Assembly (NCBI RefSeq): GCF_032444005.1
Contig: NW_027193546.1
Coordinates: forward strand, 496,001-560,000
DNA: 64,000 nucleotides
Direction: 5' to 3'
From: Ranitomeya imitator
Lineage: Eukaryota
A model generated the notes under the pieces. The model was not told where the DNA came from and did no database searches. It worked only from the letters and a program-made list of their open reading frames with translations. Below, one piece after another: positions 13,201-25,200 of the stretch; the first letter of the stretch is position 1; each line of letters opens with the position of its first letter. Both the position numbers and the translations under genes were made by a program.

Positions 13201-13270
13201 TCCCTTCTGAGTATGTTTTCCTGGGTCGTCTTTGTTCGAGTCTAATGTTTTTCTTCCCGTCCCCTCTTCT
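10240..13270 (-). mobile_element. CR1-clade LINE, about 3.0 kb, with complete ORF2 but lacking most or all of ORF1 and the 5' UTR
   Basis: Uninterrupted endonuclease + RT frame; 3' UTR and (CTATGTTA)3 tail; abrupt junction to satellite at 13270. Confidence 0.98.
10354..13134 (-). CDS. CR1 ORF2: APE-type endonuclease + reverse transcriptase, 926 aa from the first element-encoded Met (MLANARS); frame stays open to the 13270 junction
   Basis: NARSL, GITETW, GDFN and SDH endonuclease motifs; YLDFSKAFD, GVPQGSVLGP and FADD RT motifs; the tracked start at 13281 lies in satellite. Confidence 0.92.
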   Translation of the reverse strand: MLANARSLTNKMEELEAEISTGNFDIVGITETWLDESYDWAVNLQGYSLFRKDRKNRRGGGVCLYVKSCLKSTLREDISEGNEDVESIWVEIHGGKNGNKILIGVCYKPPNITETMESLLLKQIDEAATHNEVLVMGDFNYPDINWETETCETHKGNRFLLITKKNYLSKLVQNPTRGAALLDLILSNRPDRITNLQVVGHLGNSDHNIVQFHLSFTRGTCQGVTKTLNFRKAKFEQLRDALNLVDWDNILRNENTDNKWEMFKNILNRQCKRFIPCGNKRTRNRKNPMWLNKEVRQAINSKKKAFALLKQDGTIEALQNYREKNTLSKKLIKAAKKETEKHIAKESKTNPKLFFNYINSKRIKTENVGPLKNSEERMVVDDEEKANILNTFFSTVFTVENEMLGEIPRNNENPILRVTNLTQEEVRNRLNKIKIDKSPGPDGIHPRVLRELSNVIDKPLFLIFSDSIATGSVPQDWRIANVVPIFKKGSKSEPGNYRPVSLTSIVGKIFEGFLRDVILDYLNENNCLTPYQHGFMRTRSCQTNLISFYEEVSYRLDHGESLDVVYLDFSKAFDTVPHKRLVHKMRMLGLGENVCKWVSNWLSDRKQRVVINGIVSNWVAVTSGVPQGSVLGPVLFNIFINDLVEGLHSKISIFADDTKLCKAVNTREDSILLQMDLDKLETWAERWQMRFNNDKCKVIHMGRGNQYHHYTLNGKPLGKSDREKDLGILVNDKLTWSSQCQAAAAKANRIMGCIKRGLDTHDESIILPLYKSLVRPHMEYCVQFWAPVLRKDIMELERVQRRATKLIKGMGELQYPDRLAKLGLFSLEKRRLRGDLITMYKYIRGQYKYLAEDLFIPRKVTGTRGHYLRLEERRFFHQHRRGFFTVRAVRIWNCLPEEVVMANTVEGFKRGLDVFLEQNNIVSYNY

Positions 13271-16200
13271 GGTGGTGGCACTGATCATACAGCTCTGCGG
13301 GGAGGAGGAGGTGGCTCTGATCATACAGCTCTGCGGGGAGGAGGAGGTGGCACTGATCATACAGCTCTGCGGGGAGGAGGTGGTGGCACTGATCATACAG
13401 CTCTGCGGGGAGGAGGTGGTGGCACTGATCATACAGCTCTGCGGGGAGGAGGTGGTGGCACTGATTATACAGCTCTGCGGGGAGAGGGTGGTGGCTCTGA
13501 TCATACAGCTCTGCGGGGAGGAGGTGGTGGCTCTGATCATACAGCTCTGCGGGGTGGAGGTGGTGGCACTGATTATACAGCTCTGCGGGGAGGAAGTGGT
13601 GGCTCTGATCATACAGCTCTGCGGGGGAGAAGGTGGTGGCACTGATCATACAGCTCTGCGGGGTGGAGGTGATTTCTCTGATCATACAGCTCTGCAGGGA
13701 GGAGTAGGTGGTGGCACTGATGATACAGCTCTGCGGGGAGGAGGTGGTGGCACTGATCATACAGCTCTGCGGGGTGGAGGTGATTTCTCTGATCATACAA
13801 CTCTGCGGGGAGGAGGAGGTGGCACTGATCATACAGCTCTGCGGGGAGGAGGTGTTGGCACTGATCATACAGCTCTGCGGGGAGGAGGTGGTGGCACTGT
13901 TCATACAGCTCTGCGGGGAGGAGGTGGTGGCACTGATTATACAGCTCTGCGGGGAGAGGGTGGTGGCTCTGATCATACAGCTCTGCGGGGAGGAGGTGGT
14001 GGCTCTGATCATACAGCTCTGCGGGGTGGAGGTGATTTCTCTGATCATACAGCTCTGCGGGGTGGAGGTGGTGGCACTGATTATACAGCTCTGCGGGGAG
14101 GAAGTGGTGGCTCTGATCATACAGCTCTGCGGGGGAGAAGGTGGTGGCACTGATCATACAGCTCTGCGGGGTGGAGGTGATTTCTCTGATCATACAGCTC
14201 TGCAGGGAGGAGTAGGTGGTGGCACTGATGATACAGCTCTGCGGGGAGGAGGTGGTGGCACTGATCATACAGCTCTGCGGGGAGGAGGTGGTGGCTCTGA
14301 TCATACAGCTCTGCGGGGAGGAGGTGGTGGCTCTGATCATGCAGCTCTGCGGGGAGGAGGTGGTGGCACTGATCATACAGCTCTGCGGGGAGGAGGTGGT
14401 GGCACTGATCATACAGCTCTGCGGGGAGGAGGAGGTGGCACTGATCATACAGCTCTGCGGGGAGGAGGTGGTGGCACTGATCATACAGCTCTGCGGGGAG
14501 GAGGTGGTGGCACTGATCATACAGCTCTGCGGGGAGGAGGAGGTGGCACTGATCATACAGCTCTGCGGGGAGGAAGTGGTGGCACTGATCATACAGCTCT
14601 GCGGGGAGGAGGTGGTGGCACTGATCATACAGCTCTGCGGGGAGAAGGTGTTGGCACTGATCATACAGCTCTCCGGGGAGGAGGTGATTTCTCTGATCAT
14701 ACAGCTCTGCAGGGAGGAGGAGGTTATGGCTCTGATCATACAGGTCTGAGGGGAGTCGGTGGTGGCTCTGATCATACAGCTCTGCGGGGAGGAGGTGGTG
14801 GCTCTGATCATACAGCTCTGCGGGGAGGAGGTGGTGGTACCGATCATACAGCTGTGCGGGGAGGAGGTGATTTCTCTGATCATACAGCTCTGCAGGGAGG
14901 AGGTGGTGTCTCTGATCATACAGCTCTGCGGGGAGGAGGTGGTGGCTCTGATCATACAGCTCTGCGGGGAGGAGGAGGTGGCACTGATCATACAGCTCTG
15001 CGGGGAGGAGGTGGTGGCACTGATCATACAGCTCTGCGGGGAGGAGGTGGTGGCACTGATCATACAGCTCTGCGGGGAGGAGGAGGTGGCTCTGATCATA
15101 CAGCTCTGCGGGGAGGAGGAGGTGGCACTGATCATACAGCTCTGCGGGGAGGAGGTGGTGGCACTGATCATACAGCTCTGCGGGGAGGAGGTGGTGGCAC
15201 TGATCATACAGCTCTGCGGGGAGGAGGTGGTGGCACTGATTATACAGCTCTGCGGGGAGAGGGTGGTGGCTCTGATCATACAGCTCTGCGGGGAGGAGGA
15301 GGTGGCACTGATCATACAGCTCTGCGGGGAGGAGGTGGTGGCACTGATCATACAGCTCTGCGGGGAGGAGGTGGTGGCACTGATCATACAGCTCTGCGGG
15401 GAGGAGGAGGTGGCTCTGATCATACAGCTCTGCGGGGAGGAGGAGGTGGCACTGATCATACAGCTCTGCGGGGAGGAGGTGGTGGCACTGATCATACAGC
15501 TCTGCGGGGAGGAGGTGGTGGCACTGATCATACAGCTCTGCGGGGAGGAGGTGGTGGCACTGATTATACAGCTCTGCGGGGAGAGGGTGGTGGCTCTGAT
15601 CATACAGCTCTGCGGGGAGGAGGTGGTGGCTCTGATCATACAGCTCTGCGGGGTGGAGGTGATTTCTCTGATCATACAGCTCTGCGGGGTGGAGGTGGTG
15701 GCACTGATTATACAGCTCTGCGGGGAGGAATTGGTGGCTCTGATCATACAGCTCTGCGGGGGAGAAGGTGGTGGCACTGATCATACAGCTCTGCGGGGTG
15801 GAGGTGATTTCTCTGATCATACAGCTCTGCAGGGAGGAGAAGGTGGTGGCACTGATGATACAGCTCTGCGGGGAGGAGGTGGTGGCACTGATCATACAGC
15901 TCTGCGGGGTGGAGGTGATTTCTCTGATCATACAGCTCTGCAGGGAGGAGTAGGTGGTGGCACTGATGATACAGCTCTGCGGGGAGGAGGTGGTGGCACT
16001 GATCATACAGCTCTGCGGGGAGGAGGTGGTGGCTCTGATCATACAGCTCTGCGGGGAGGAGGTGGTGGCTCTGATCATGCAGCTCTGCGGGGAGGAGTTG
16101 GTGGCACTGATCATACAGCTGTGCGGGGAGGAGGTGGTGGCACTGATCATACAGCTCTGCGGGGAGGAGGTGGTGGCTCTGATCATACAGCTCTGCGGGG

Positions 16201-19200
16201 AGGAGGTGGTGGTACTGATCATACAGCTGTGCGGGGAGGAGGTGATTTCTCTGATCATACAGCTCTGCAGGGAAGAGGTGGTGGCTCTGATCATACAGCT
16301 CTGCGGGGAGGAGGAGGTGGCACTGATCATACAGCTCTGCGGGGAGGAGGTGGTGGCACTGATCATACAGCTCTGCGGGGAGGAGGTGGTGGCACTGATC
16401 ATACAGCTCTGCGGGGAGGAGGTGGTGGCACTGATCATACAGCTCTGCGGGGAGGAGGTGGTGGCACTGATCATACAGCTCTGCGGGGAGGAGGTGATTT
16501 CTCTGATCATACAGCTCTGCAGGGAGGAGGTGGTGGTACTGATCATACAGCTCTGCGGGGAGGAGGTGGTGGCACTGATCATACAGCTCTGCGGGGAGGA
16601 GGTGGTGGCACTGATCATACAGCTCTGCGGGGAGGAGGAGGTGGCTCTGATCATACAGCTCTGCGGGGAGGAGGAGGTGGCACTGATCATACAGCTCTGC
16701 GGGGAGGAGGTGGTGGCACTGATCATACAGCTCTGCGGGGAGGAGGTGGTGGCACTGATCATACAGCTCTGCGGGGAGGAGGTGGTGGCACTGATTATAC
16801 AGCTCTGCGGGGAGAGGGTGGTGGCTCTGATCATACAGCTCTGCGGGGAGGAGGTGGTGGCTCTGATCATACAGCTCTGCGGGGTGGAGGTGATTTCTCT
16901 GATCATACAGCTCTGCGGGGTGGAGGTGGTGGCACTGATTATACAGCTCTGCGGGGAGGAAGTGGTGGCTCTGATCATACAGCTCTGCGGGGGAGAAGGT
17001 GGTGGCACTGATCATACAGCTCTGCGGGGTGGAGGTGATTTCTCTGATCATACAGCTCTGCAGGGAGGAGAAGGTGGTGGCACTGATGATACAGAGGTGC
17101 AGGGAGGAGGTGGTGGCTCTGATCATACAGCTCTGCGGGGAGGAGGTGGTGGTACTGATCATACAGCTGTGCGGGGAGGAGGTGATTTCTCTGATCATAC
17201 AGCTCTGCAGGGAAGAGGTGGTGGCTCTGATCATACAGCTCTGCGGGGAGGAGGAGGTGGCACTGATCATACAGCTCTGCGGGGAGGAGGTGGTGGCACT
17301 GATCATACAGCTCTGCGGGGAGGAGGTGGTGGCACTGATCATACAGCTCTGCGGGGAGGAGGTGGTGGCACTGATCATACAGCTCTGCGGGGAGGAGGTG
17401 GTGGCACTGATCATACAGCTCTGCGGGGAGGAGGTGATTTCTCTGATCATACAGCTCTGCAGGGAGGAGGTGGTGGTACTGATCATACAGCTCTGCGGAG
17501 AGGAGGTGATTTCTCTGATCATACAGCTCTGCAGGGAGGAGGTGGTGGCTCTGATCATACAGCTCTGCGGGGAGGAGGTGGTGGCTCTGATCATACAGCT
17601 CTGCGGGGAGGAGGTGGTGGTACTGATCATACAGCTGTGCGGGGAGGAGGTGATTTCTCTGATCATACAGCTCTGCAGGGAGGAGGTGGTGGCTCTGATC
17701 ATACAGCTCTGCGGGGAGGAGGTGATTTCTCTGATCATACAGCTCTGCAGGGAGGAGTAGGTGGTGGCACTGATGATACAGCTCTGCGGGGAGGAGGTGG
17801 TGGCACTGATCATACAGCTCTGCGGGGAGAATGTGGTGGCTCTGATCATACAGCTCTGCAGGGAGGAGGTGGTGGCACTGATCATACAGCTCTGCGGGGA
17901 GGAGGTGGTGGCACTGATCATACAGCTCTGCGGGGAGGAGGTGGTGGCACTGATCATACAGCTCTGCGGGGAGGAGGTGGTGGCACTGATCATACAGCTC
18001 TGCGGAGAGGAGGTGATTTCTCTGATCATACAGCTCTGCAGGGAGGAGGTGGTGGCTCTGATCATACAGCTCTGCGGGGAGGAGGTGGTGGCTCTGATCA
18101 TACAGCTCTGCGGGGAGGAGGTGGTGGTACTGATCATACAGCTGTGCGGGGAGGAGGTGATTTCTCTGATCATACAGCTCTGCAGGGAGGAGGTGGTGGC
18201 TCTGATCATACAGCTCTGCGGGGAGGAGGTGGTGGCTCTGATCATACAGCTCTGCGGGGAGGAGGAGGTGGCACTGATCATACAGCTCTGCGGGGAGGAG
18301 GTGGTGGCACTGATCATACAGCTCTGCGGGGAGGAGGTGGTGGCACTGATCATACAGCTCTGCGGGGAGGAGGTGGTGGCACTGATCATACAGCTCTGCG
18401 GGGAGGAGGAGGTGGCTCTGATCATACAGCTCTGCGGGGAGGAGGAGGTGGCACTGATCATACAGCTCTGCGGGGAGGAGGTGGTGGCACTGATCATACA
18501 GCTCTGCGGGGAGGAGGTGGTGGCTCTGATCATACAGCTCTGCGGGGTGGAGGTGATTTCTCTGATCATACAGCTCTGCGGGGTGGAGGTGGTGGCACTG
18601 ATTATACAGCTCTGCGGGGAGGAAGTGGTGGCTCTGATCATACAGCTCTGCGGGGGAGAAGGTGGTGGCACTGATCATACAGCTCTGCGGGGTGGAGGTG
18701 ATTTCTCTGATCATACAGCTCTGCAGGGAGGAGTAGGTGGTGGCACTGATGATACAGCTCTGCGGGGAGGAGGTGGTGGCACTGATCATACAGCTCTGCG
18801 GGGTGGAGGTGATTTCTCTGATCATACAGCTCTGCGGGGAGGAGGAGGTGGCACTGATCATACAGCTCTGCGGGGAGGAGGTGGTGGCACTGATCATACA
18901 GCTCTGCGGGGAGGAGGTGGTGGCACTGATCATACAGCTCTGCGGGGAGGAGGTGGTGGCTCTGATCATGCTGCTCTGCGGGGAGGAGGTGGTGGTACTG
19001 ATCATACAGCTGTGCGGGGAGGAGGTGATTTCTCTGATCATACAGCTCTGCAGGGAGGAGTAGGTGGTGGCACTGATGATACAGCTCTGCGGGGAGGAGG
19101 TGGTGGCACTGATCATACAGCTCTGCGGGGTGGAGGTGATTTCTCTGATCATACAGCTCTGCAGGGAGGAGTAGGTGGTGGCACTGATGATACAGCTCTG

Positions 19201-22200
19201 CGGGGAGGAGGTGGTGGCACTGATCATACAGCTCTGCGGGGTGGAGGTGATTTCTCTGATCATACAGCTCTGCGGGGAGGAGGAGGTGGCACTGATCATA
19301 CAGCTCTGCGGGGAGGAGGTGGTGGCACTGATCATACAGCTCTGCGGGGAGGAGGTGGTGGCTCTGATCATGCTGCTCTGCGGGGAGGAGGTGGTGGTAC
19401 TGATCATACAGCTGTGCGGGGAGGAGGTGATTTCTCTGATCATACAGCTCTGCAGGGAGGAGGTGGTGGCTCTGATCATACAGCTCTGCGGGGAGGAGGT
19501 GATGGCACTGATCATACAGCTCTGCGGGGAGGAGGTGGTGGCACTGATGATACAGCTCTGCGGGGAGGAGGTGGTGGCTCTGATCATACAGCTCTGCGGG
19601 GTGGAGGTGATTTCTCTGATCATACAGCTCTGCGGGGTGGAGGTGGTGGCACTGATTATACAGCTCTGCGGGGAGGAAGTGGTGGCTCTGATCATACAGC
19701 TCTGCGGGGGAGAAGGTGGTGGCACTGATCATACAGCTCTGCGGGGTGGAGGTGATTTCTCTGATCATACAGCTCTGCAGGGAGGAGTAGGTGGTGGCAC
19801 TGATGATACAGCTCTGCGGGGAGGAGGTGGTGGCACTGATCATACAGCTCTGCGGGGTGGAGGTGATTTCTCTGATCATACAGCTCTGCGGGGAGGAGGA
19901 GGTGGCACTGATCATACAGCTCTGCGGGGAGGAGGTGGTGGCACTGATCATACAGCTCTGCGGGGAGGAGGTGGTGGCACTGATCATACAGCTCTGCGGG
20001 GTGGAGGTGATTTCTCTGATCATACAGCTCTGCAGGGAGGAGTAGGTGGTGGCACTGATGATACAGCTCTGCGGGGAGGAGGTGGTGGCACTGATCATAC
20101 AGCTCTGCGGGGTGGAGGTGATTTCTCTGATCATACAGCTCTGCGGGGAGGAGGAGGTGGCACTGATCATACAGCTCTGCGGGGAGGAGGTGGTGGCACT
20201 GATCATACAGCTCTGCGGGGAGGAGGTGGTGGCTCTGATCATGCTGCTCTGCGGGGAGGAGGTGGTGGTACTGATCATACAGCTGTGCGGGGAGGAGGTG
20301 ATTTCTCTGATCATACAGCTCTGCAGGGAGGAGGTGGTGGCTCTGATCATACAGCTCTGCGGGGAGGAGGTGATGGCACTGATCATACAGCTCTGCGGGG
20401 AGGAGGTGGTGGCACTGATGATACAGCTCTGCGGGGAGGAGGTGGTGGCTCTGATCATACAGCTCTGCGGGGTGGAGGTGATTTCTCTGATCATACAGCT
20501 CTGCAGGGAGGAGTAGGTGGTGGCACTGATGATACAGCTCTGCGGGGAGGAGGTGGTGGCACTGATCATACAGCTCTGCGGGGTGGAGGTGATTTCTCTG
20601 ATCATACAGCTCTGCGGGGAGGAGGAGGTGGCACTGATCATACAGCTCTGCGGGGAGGAGGTGGTGGCACTGATCATACAGCTCTGCGGGGAGGAGGTGG
20701 TGGCTCTGATCATGCTGCTCTGCGGGGAGGAGGTGGTGGTACTGATCATACAGCTGTGCGGGGAGGAGGTGATTTCTCTGATCATACAGCTCTGCAGGGA
20801 GGAGGTGGTGGCTCTGATCATACAGCTCTGCGGGGAGGAGGTGATGGCACTGATCATACAGCTCTGCGGGGAGGAGGTGGTGGCACTGATGATACAGCTC
20901 TGCGGGGAGGAGGTGGTGGCTCTGATCATACAGCTCTGCGGGGTGGAGGTGATTTCTCTGATCATACAGCTCTGCGGGGTGGAGTTGGTGGCACTGATTA
21001 TACAGCTCTGCGGGGAGGAAGTGGTGGCTCTGATCATACAGCTCTGCGGGGGAGAAGGTGGTGGCACTGATCATACAGCTCTGCGGGGTGGAGGTGATTT
21101 CTCTGATCATACAGCTCTGCAGGGAGGAGTAGGTGGTGGCACTGATGATACAGCTCTGCGGGGAGGAGGTGGTGGCACTGATCATACAGCTCTGCGGGGT
21201 GGAGGTGATTTCTCTGATCATACAGCTCTGAGGGGAGGAGGAGGTGGCACTGATCATACAGCTCTGCGGGGAGGAGGTGGTGGCACTGAGCATACAGCTC
21301 TGCGGGGAGGAGGTGGTGGCACTGATCATACAGCTCTGCGGGGAGGAGGTGCTGGCACTGATTATACAGCTCTGCGGGGAGAGGGTGGTGGCTCTGATCA
21401 TACAGCTCTGCGGGGAGGAGGTGGTGGCTCTGATCATACAGCTCTGCGGGGTGGAGGTGATTTCTCTGATCATACAGCTCTGCGGGGTGGAGGTGGTGGC
21501 ACTGATTATACAGCTCTGCGGGGAGGAAGTGGTGGCTCTGATCATACAGCTCTGCGGGGGAGAAGGTGGTGGCACTGATCATACAGCTCTGCGGGGTGGA
21601 GGTGGTGGCACTGATCATACAGCTCTGCGGGGAGGAGGTGATTTCTCTGATCATACAGCTCTGCAGGGAGGAGTAGGTGGTGGCACTGATGATACAGCTC
21701 TGCGGGGAGGAGGTGGTGGCACTGATCATACAGCTCTGCGGGGTGGAGGTGATTTCTCTGATCATACAGCTCTGCAGGGAGGAGTAGGTGGTGGCACTGA
21801 TGATACAGCTCTGCGGGGAGGAGGTGGTGGCACTGATCATACAGCTCTGCGGGGAGGAGGTGGTGGCACTGATCATACAGCTCTGCGGGGAGGAGGAGGT
21901 GGCACTGATCATACAGCTCTGCGGGGAGGAGGTGGTGGCACTGATCATACAGCTGTGCGGGGAGGAGGTGATTTCTCTGATCATACAGCTCTGCAGGGAG
22001 GAGGTGGTGGCACTGATCATACAGCTCTGCGGGGAGGAGGTGGTGGCACTGATCATACAACTCTGCGGGGAGGAGGTGGTGGCACTGATCATACAGCTCT
22101 GCGGGGAGGAGGTGGTGGCACTGATCATACAGCTCTGCGGGGAGGAGGAGGTGGCTCTGATCATACAGCTCTGCGGGGAGGAGGAGGTGGCACTGATCAT

Positions 22201-25200
22201 ACAGCTCTGCGGGGAGGAGGTGGTGGCACTGATCATACAGCTCTGCGGGGAGGAGGTGGTGGCACTGATCATACAGCTCTGAGGGGAGGAGGAGGTGGCA
22301 CTGATCATACAGCTCTGCGGGGAGGAGGTGGTGGCACTGATCATACAGCTCTGCGGGGAGGAGGTGGTGGCACTGATCATACAGCTCTGCGGGGAGGAGG
22401 AGGTGGCACTGATCATACAGCTCTGCGGGGAGGAGGTGGTGGCACTGATCATACAGCTCTGCGGGGAGGAGGTGGTGGCACTGATCATACAGCTCTGCGG
22501 GGAGGAGGTGGTGGCACTGATCATACAGCTCTGCGGGGAGGAGGTGGTGGCACTGATCGTACAGCTCTGCGGGGAGGAGGTGGTGGCACTGATCATACAG
22601 CTCTGCAGGGAGGAGGTGGTGGCACTGATCATACAGCTCTGCGGGGAGAAGGTGTTGGCACTGATCATACAGCTCTCCGGGGAGGAGGTGATTTCTCTGA
22701 TCATACAGCTCTGCAGGGAGGAGGAGGTTATGGCTCTGATCATACAGGTCTGAGGGGAGTAGGTGGTGGCTCTGATCATACAGCTCTGCGGGGAGAGGGT
22801 GGTGGCACTGATCATACAGCTCTGCGGGGAGGAGGTGATGGCCCTGATCCTACAGCTCTGCGGGGAGAATGTGGTGGTACTGATCATACGGCTCTCCGGG
22901 GAGGAGGTGATTTCTCTGATCATACAGCTCTGCAGGGAGGAGGTGGTGGCTCTGATCATACAGCTCTGCGGAGAGGAGGTGGTGGCTCTGATCATGCAGC
23001 TCTGCGGGGAGGAGGTGGTGGCACTGATCATACAGCTGTGCGGGGAGGAGGTGGTGGCACTGATCATACAGCTCTGCGGGGAGGAGGTGGTGGTACTGAT
23101 CATACAGCTGTGCGGGGAGGAGGTGATTTCTCTGATCATACAGCTCTGCAGGGAGGAGGTGGTGGTACTGATCATACAGCTGTGCGGGGAGGAGGTGATT
23201 TCTCTGATCATACAGCTCTGCAGGGAGGAGGTGGTGGCACTGATCATACAGCTCTGCGGGGAGGAGGTGGTGGCACTGATCATACAGCTCTGCGGGGAGG
23301 AGGTGGTGGCACTGATCATACAGCTCTGCGGGGGAGAAGGTGGTGGCACTGATCATACAGCTCTGCGGGGTGGAGGTGATTTCTCTGATCATACAGCTCT
23401 GCAGGGAGGAGTAGGTGGTGGCACTGATGATACAGCTCTGCGGGGAGGAGGTGGTGGCACTGATCATACAGCTCTGCGGGATGGAGATGATTTCTCTGAT
23501 CATACAGCTCTGCGGGGAGGAGGAGGTGGCACTGATCATACAGCTCTGCGGGGAGGAGGTGGTGGCACTGATCATACAGCTCTGCGGGGAGGAGGTGGTG
23601 GCTCTGATCATACAGCTCTGCGGGGGAGAAGGTGGTGGCACTGATCATACAGCTCTGCGGGGTGGAGGTGATTTCTCTGATCATACAGCTCTGCAGGGAG
23701 GAGTAGGTGGTGGCACTGATGATACAGCTCTGCGGGGAGGAGGTGGTGGCACTGATCATACAGCTCTGCGGGGTGGAGGTGATTTCTCTGATCATACAGC
23801 TCTGCAGGGAGGAGTAGGTGGTGGCACTGATGATACAGCTCTGCGGGGAGGAGGTGGTGGCACTGATCATACAGCTCTGCGGGGAGGAGGTGGTGGCTCT
23901 GATCATACAGCTCTGCGGGGAGGAGGTGGTGGCTCTGATCATGCAGCTCTGAGGGGAGGAGGTGGTGGCACTGATCATACAGCTGTGCGGGGAGGAGGTG
24001 GTGGCACTGATCATACAGCTCTGCGGGGAGGAGGTGGTGGCTCTGATCATACAGCTCTGCAGGGAGGAGGTGGTGGCTCTGATCATACACCTCTGCGGGG
24101 AGGAGGAGGTGGCACTGATCATACAGCTCTGCGGGGAGGAGGTGGTGGCACTGATCATACAGCTCTGCGGGGAGGAGGTGGTGGCACTGATCGTACAGCT
24201 CTGCGGGGAGGAGGTGGTGGCACTGATCATACAGCTCTGCAGGGAGGAGGTGGTGGCACTGATCATACAGCTCTGCGGGGAGAAGGTGTTGGCACTGATC
24301 ATACAGCTCTCCGGGGAGGAGGTGATTTCTCTGATCATACAGCTCTGCAGGGAGGAGGAGGTTATGGCTCTGATCATACAGGTCTGAGGGGAGTAGGTGG
24401 TGGCTCTGATCATACAGCTCTGCGGGGAGAGGGTGGTGGCACTGATTATACAGCTCTTCGGGGAGGAGGTGATGGCTCTGATCCTACAGCTCTGCGGGGA
24501 GAATGTGGTGGCTCTGATCATACAGCTCTGCGGGGAGGAGGTGGTGGCACTGATCATACAGCTGTGCGGGGAGGAGGTGATTTCTCTGATCATACAGCTC
24601 TGCAGGGAGGAGGTGGTGGCTCTGATCATACAGCTCTGCGGGGAGGAGGTGGTGGCACTGATCATACAGCTCTGCGGGGGAGAAGGTGGTGGCACTGATC
24701 ATACAGCTCTGCGGGGAGGAGGAGGTGGCACTGATCATACAGCTCTGCGGGGAGGAGGTGGTGGCACTGATCATACAGCTCTGCGGGGAGGAAGTGGTGG
24801 CACTGATCATACAGCTCTGCGGGGAGGAGGTGGTGGCACTGATCGTACAGCTCTGCGGGGAGGAGGTGGTGGCACTGATCATACAGCTCTGCAGGGAGGA
24901 GGTGGTGGCACTGATCATACAGCTCTGCGGGGAGGAGGTGGTGGTACTGATCATACAGCTCTCCGGGGAGGAGGTGATTTCTCTGATCATACAGCTCTGC
25001 AGGGAGGAGGAGGTTATGGCTCTGATCATACAGGTCTGAGGGGAGTAGGTGGTGGCACTGATCATACAGCTCTGCGGGGAGGAGGTGATGGCACTGATCA
25101 TACAGCTCTGCGGGGAGGAGGTGGTGGCACTGATCATACAGCTCTGCGGGGAGGAGGTGGTGGCACTGATCATACAGCTCTGCGGGGAGGAGGTGGTGGT

